NCBI GenBank assembly: GCA_951406725.2 | Contig: OX597815.1 | Span: 155,868,001 to 155,932,000 of the forward strand | DNA: 64,000 bases | Direction: 5' to 3' | Source of the DNA: Octopus vulgaris | Lineage: Eukaryota | Shown: positions 58,114 through 64,000 of the stretch, one piece after another | Numbering within the stretch: the stretch's first letter is position 1 | Layout of the letters: every line of letters starts with the position of its first letter | Notes under the pieces: generated by a model | What the model was told of the DNA's origin: nothing | The model's database searches: none | Seen by the model: the letters and a program-made list of their open reading frames with translations, nothing else | Position numbers and translations under genes: made by a program

Positions 58114-58784
58114 TCATGTATATATGTCTCTTTGGGTCTGTATTTCTTGTACATGCGTGCATGGATTTATAACTGCGTAGCTAAGCTCTTGAAATCTAAT
58201 GGAAGATACTTTCGATGAAATAGATACGCAAGTTTTACTACCTTTATTCAAGAGCTTTCTGTCACACTCTCTCCCTCTCTCTCTTTTTTTCTCTTTCTCT
58301 CCATCGCAGACGATTTCTCTTACCAACAACTACGCTGCTTTTACACACAACACATGCGATACGTTAAAATCACGACTCTGCAAGCCACCGCTTATTAACA
58401 AACATCTTTTTCTTATTAATAAGGCCTCGCCGATAGGTTCTGTGTTTCAGCTATGAAATATTTATAGCTATTGTGAGAATATCAGCATTTCTTTCCAATT
58501 TTGCTATTTTTGGAATACGCCTGCAACACTTCATTGACAAGGAAATCAAGTATAATGTTCTATATGCATCTTAGATTTATGTAAAGTACGTTCTTTATGT
58601 AAAGTATGTGTGTCAGTATACGAAAAATATAGCAATGTTTCCTAGCTATAATATTAGCCGACATTCTCATTTTCGTGTATCTTACCAATATTGAATAAGT
58701 CTTTTGCATTGTTTTATTTCCTGGCATTATTTCTTATTTTTGTGCGTTTTGCTTGTATTAAAATATTTTTTAAATATTTTTTTT

Positions 58785-59146
58785 ATCTGCGGCCATGCTA
58801 GGGATACACCCTTGAAGAGCCTTAGTCGAACAAATTGACGCCAGGACTTATTTTGTAAAGCTTGGTATTTATTCTATCGGTCTCTTTTGCCGAACTGCTA
58901 TGTTATGGGGACGTAAACACACCAAAACCGGTGGTCAAGTGGCTGTGGGGGACAAACACGCACACACAAGCACACACGCGTTGATTACATCGAATCCAGT
59001 ACATAACTGGTACTTAATTTATCGTCCCCAAAAGGATGAAAGGAGAAGTCGACCTCGGCGTAATTTGAACTCAGAACGTAGCGACGGGCGAAATACCGCT
59101 AAGCATTTCGTCCAGCGCGCTAACAATTCTGCCAGCACACCGCCTT
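58785..59146 (-). mobile_element. SINE-A 3' half joined to SINE-B
   Basis: A-type sequence runs to ~58980, followed by a B module. Confidence 0.7.
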
Positions 59147-59160
59147 ATTAATAATAATAG

Positions 59161-59643
59161 TAAGTGCACTCAGAGAGCACAAACCTCCGCCAACGCAACG
59201 CCAACGTCGTCTCAACGATTGGCCTGAGATGATTTTTAAAATGGGAATACCTGAAATAAAATCCTTCAATGAATATCCTGACACGTTTTCTCTTGAATTC
59301 CCGTCTTCCTTTAGTAATCCTGTTGCTTTAGATCGATGTATAGAATTATGTATTAATCTCTTATAATATATTAATGAGCATTGTCTTTTTATATATTTCT
59401 GTAATAGTCAGCTGGAGGAGATGTCTTCCTGGGGCTACAAGGTACAGTAGCAACGACCCTTAAGGGTTAGCCACATTTAAGTGGCAAATATACTTCACGA
59501 TGTCATGCAGCTACTGTTTATACCTTGCTCAGCGATTTATTATTGCTTGTGTCCACTTTTTCGAGATCAGTGACTTTTCGTCACTGGAAAAAGGATATAT
59601 AGTTGCCTTGAGAACCACTTCCCGTCGTATATATGTATGTATG

Positions 59644-59730
<87 letters not shown>

Positions 59731-60216
59731 GCCTTCCACCCTCTTTAATTCCCTCTCTCTCTGTCTCTCTTTCTCTCTCTCTTATCGTCTTGCAACCTGC
59801 TGCTTCACAAGCCATTCCGTTGGTGATCGCGGCTCGTTAACATCGTGCCCCCTCTGCCGAAAAGGTAATTGTTTCCACGCCTGCTGATAAGTTGTTTTTG
59901 TCTCATGTTGTCTAAAGTCGTAAGACACCCGTTGTTATCCTGTTTTTAACCATTATTGTTTTCAATTTTGTTCTGTTTCTTGTATTTATATTCGTCTCTG
60001 TTGAGTTTACATTCTTTCCTTCTACCAAGAAATCTAATGCTCACAGCTTAGTTTTTTCCTTGGGGATGGCCGAGTTGGAGCAAATATCAGAATTAATCAG
60101 CCGAAATTTGCCATGATGATTCGGTTTCTGACTGAAGATTGAAGGCTTCAAATGACTTGTCTGTTTTCCGTGTTCGTCCCTTTGTGTATTTCACGTTCTT
60201 TATATATAAATTTTTA

Positions 60217-60295
<79 letters not shown>

Positions 60296-60815
60296 GGCGT
60301 GAGATATGAATGTAGAGGAAATAAATGGTAAAGAGAGTGTCGTATGAATGAGAAAGGAAGGGGAGATAGATGCATAACAAAGGAAAGAGTGAAAAAGCCG
60401 ATAACCGGCGTTTGAAGTGTGAGTATAATATGTGTGTGTAAAATAGAGGTATGTTTGCGTGTGTGTGTGTGTGCGCGTATGTGCGTGTGTACAATGGAAA
60501 TGGGATGGTAGTGTTCAACGCTTAAAATGCTTGAGCATATGTGTGTATGTGTGTGCGTGTACAAGAGAACTATGTGAAACTTTACCTATACATGTAACGT
60601 AAAAAAATATAAGAAATAATCTAGAATCCTTGTCCGGTACCGGATCGATTTCAAAATCTAATCAGTTCGTGCCAGTCATAAGGCCAAACATCCCTGAAAA
60701 TTTTCATCCGAATTCAACTAGCGGTTTTTGAGATATCTTGTCTACGGACAAACAAACAAACAAACAAACACGACTGAAAACAATACCCCCGCCTTCGCTA
60801 AGGCGGAGGTAATAA
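59161..60815 (-). mobile_element. Helentron/DINE-1-type element ends separated by ~1.35 kb
   Basis: SubTIR ACCTCCGCC (59183) next to hairpin GTGCACTCAGAGAGCAC; palindrome ACCCCCGCCTT-CGCT-AAGGCGGAGGT (60785-60810); (CAAA)n tract. Confidence 0.6.
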
Positions 60816-61640
60816 GTGAAGATAAGTTTGATGATTTCTTTTGCTTGCTACAGGTTATCATCTGCTTTCACAAGATGGCTTTAAAGATCAAAACATCTCC
60901 AATTGATATTGTTTGTATTGCTCAAAACTGTCAAATTAATGGTCCTGATCAACTTACCCATCGTATATTTTTTAAAATACATCTAGAGGGAGTTTTTGTA
61001 AACTAATTGTTTAGATAATCTAAATCTATTGAAATTTTAAAACTCGCTATATTACATGTGAGACCCTACCGTAATCACACGCACGCACATACCTACCTAC
61101 CTACCTACCTACCTACCTACCTACCTACCTACCAATATACATACATACATACATACATACATACATTACAAATCTGCACATGCGCTGATTTTAAGTACTG
61201 CACACACACATACATACAGAAATACCCTGTTGATGTTGGTGAAACTCTAATGAAGGATCTTCGTATCTAGATTAGAAGCTGGCTGTTTCTCTATTGGCAG
61301 AAAATCTTGAAATATACTGAATAACATGCATGCATGCATGCATACATACATACATACATACATACATACATACATACATACATACATACATACACATATA
61401 CACACACTTAGCTGCACATATATACGCATATAAGATGTATAGATACACCTATATGTACATATATGCATACATCCACTTACATACATTAATATAGTTTTTG
61501 TAACCAAGTTTTCCAGCCACGCCCATCCCGACATTCTTAAGACCTCTAGAAGCAGATTACTTTAATGCAGTTATCTTAGTAAAGACGTTAAGGTGCGATT
61601 TGTGAGAAAATTGACTGCTGTTCCCTACCGGTTAAGTGAG

Positions 61641-62211
61641 CAGGGGTCGGGGAATTTTTTAATCAATTACCCCAAAATATATTTATTTACGTCAACGTTA
61701 TGCCATTGATTTGAAAAGAAGAAAATCATAGATTGTTTGAATTCAAGAGGTTTATTGAATCTATTTATAAGGAGCATACAATTATAAATACAAAAAGTAT
61801 AAAACAAATGCGATAAAATAAATTAGTATTTCCATTATGAAACAAAAATATTTTTCTAGAAACTTTTTCACTTCAGGTTTTGGAGAAATATTGGTGTTTC
61901 ATTTTTGTTACAATTACATCAAAATCGAGGGAATTTTGATACGAGAGCAATTTGGATATATCTTCGGGGCCCAATCGATTATTCTGCTTTGTTCATCAGA
62001 GTGCTAAATCCTTCTTTGCAAAGGTAGGTTGTTGCACAAAGTAACAGCATTTTGGCTGCTTCCTCATGCCAGAAGAAAATTTTCTGTCGTAAGAAGGAAA
62101 CCATTATTTTATATAATTTTACCTATGTCTAATGGGTCCTCATTCGCCCCCCCCCCCCGAATTTAATTTTTACTCCACTTGGGATAATTCACCTTGGATC
62201 CCCGACCCTTG
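61641..62211 (-). mobile_element. Internally deleted hAT (Charlie-like) element with dimerization-domain remnant
   Basis: TIRs CAGGGGTCGGGGA / TCCCCGACCCTTG. Minus strand AAKMLLLCATTYLCKEGFSTLMN..NRL matches the hAT C-terminal TTYLCExGFS motif. No clear 8-bp TSD. Confidence 0.8.
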
Positions 62212-62539
62212 ACATGGAGCAGCATTGCTTTCTGAGATATGGAGTAATGGACCTACTTGGAAATAAAAAGCAACTCTGATACTTCTATAGAAATATATAA
62301 GATATGGGATGATCACTGACTGATCGGTCTAAGTAAACAAATTGGAAATGAGAGTATTACTGGGGTGGGGCGATCTAATGGAAGCTAATACTTTGGTGGT
62401 ACTTCATGTTATTAATCTCGAAAGCATGATGCGTGAAATAGACCTTGGTGGGATTTAGACTCAGAACATAGGCTGAACAAATCCCCCAAATCATTTCCTC
62501 TGGTGCTCTAAAGATTCTGTGTATTCGCCTTCCCGTAAT

Positions 62540-62801
62540 GAAGCATGGAACAGACTGCCGGCATCAGTTGTTAGTTGTCGGAGCACTGCATCCTTCAAAA
62601 CTTCCATGCTTCCTGAGATTCGCCAACACTACACCTAATTTTCTCCCCTCCATACACACGCAAGCATGTATCTGACTCGAAATATGTATTGAATAAAGAA
62701 ATATATACTGTTCGCTTTCCAGACATTTGTACATTACTGCATATACTTTATACGCACTTTTTGACAAGTTGTGGTGTACCTGAGCACAGTATACAATAAT
62801 T

Positions 62802-62860
<59 letters not shown>

Positions 62861-62862
62861 TA

Positions 62863-62932
<70 letters not shown>

Positions 62933-62935
62933 TAT
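62540..62935 (+). mobile_element. 5'-truncated CR1-type LINE 3' end with (ATT)n tail
   Basis: EAWNRLPASVVSCRSTASFKTSMLPEIRQHYT* matches CR1 WNxLPxxVV...FK. Confidence 0.75.
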
Positions 62936-63109
62936 GATGATGATCGTCATTATCATCATGACGACGACGATGGTGATGATATTGGTGATGATGACGAATC
63001 CCCGATTCTGCGTAACCATCTTCTTGTAATGATGGCGATAATGGAAATGATAATGATTATGCTGATAATGACGATAATGATAATGATGACGATGATTATG
63101 AAACTCAAT

Positions 63110-63830
63110 AAATTTCCCAAGAGAAGAATATTTTAAAGAGACTATCTTTTTCACTCTCTCAGTCTCTCATTTACTATTCCTATTCCGTTTGACACCGTCA
63201 TTCATGATTGCTATGCTAAACCAAACTAATTGTGGATTTAAATTTTAAAAGATGACCATCAATCATCTTTCATATTTGAGTGATTTAAAGCTATGCAAGA
63301 TTGGATGACTAGAATAAAACTTAGAACGGCCCATAGAATATTGTTAACTAACGTCTCATAAATAAATGGTTAGATAAGGAAACAGAAATTAATGAATTAG
63401 AATATGTACGGGTCAATGGATACGTGCAAATAAATCTATACGGATATAAATAAAATCGAAGATAAAAATCAGTTAAGTATATTGAGAGCTCATTAGATAA
63501 GTATTCAGGAGATAAAGGAATATTATGAGGAGCAAATTCATAGCATTAACACCTGGATTCTACCTGTAATAAGTTACAGTTTTAATGAACTTATTTGGAA
63601 GATAAATGCATTTTATAAGACGGAAGAAGAAAACTGACGTCATTTAAGATATGAGACGGAAAAAACAACAGAAAATGAAACATACGGTTTATGACCAAAT
63701 TTGCAATGAGCAGAAGGGCAGAAGATAATGACGGCACTGAGAAAATTCTTATCTTAAATGCGCTTATATTAAAAGTTAAATATAATGATAAATAACATTA
63801 GCAATATATAGAAAAATGTTCTATATTGAT
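63110..63830 (+). pseudogene. Highly decayed R4/Dong-type RT
   Basis: RIF*RDYL (cf. GIFQGDSL), INHLSYLSDLKL (cf. NHLLYMDDLKL) and INTWILPVISYSF occur in the expected order. Confidence 0.55.
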
Positions 63831-64000
63831 TGGAAGGTTATCAAATAAAGAACAATGCTGGTAGTGTGAGAAAAAGAACGAAAGAGAACCTTCACTGAGT
63901 AAAGAAAAAGTAACAGAAATACAGAAAATGCGGCAAATAATATTTGCTCAGTTTTGCTTCAAAATATAATCATAAATTAATAAAAATAGAACAAAAATTC

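Overview
Eukaryotic, AT-rich, very repeat-dense non-coding DNA. The mix of tRNA-headed SINEs, (TA)n/(CA)n/(TACA)n/(TAA)n microsatellites and R4/Dong-type LINE remnants resembles a coleoid cephalopod (Octopus-like) genome; this is my inference from repeat recognition. I found no intact protein-coding gene, and most of the ORF track is microsatellite or SINE translation noise. Supportable content: three tRNA-headed SINE groups; decayed RTE, CR1 and R4/Dong LINEs; Tc1 and hAT transposase remnants; a Tigger-type MITE; a non-autonomous Helitron; and a split Helentron-type element. The most notable signals are: (1) several unrelated (TA)n-embedded fold-back elements carrying minimal type-I hammerhead ribozyme motifs, as in Penelope-like elements, including a ~930-bp near-perfect palindrome with a hammerhead on each strand; (2) a 36-47 kb (TAA)n hotspot with a triplicated, internally deleted R4/Dong derivative, where two independent deletions rejoin at the same C-terminal motif; (3) a 151-bp CTAG...CTAG insert whose clean removal restores a Tc1 reading frame; (4) recurrent SINE-in-SINE dimers; (5) a ~96-bp duplication flanking a SINE; (6) a few weak candidate + strand exons. 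All coordinates and identities were read by eye, so edges are approximate.
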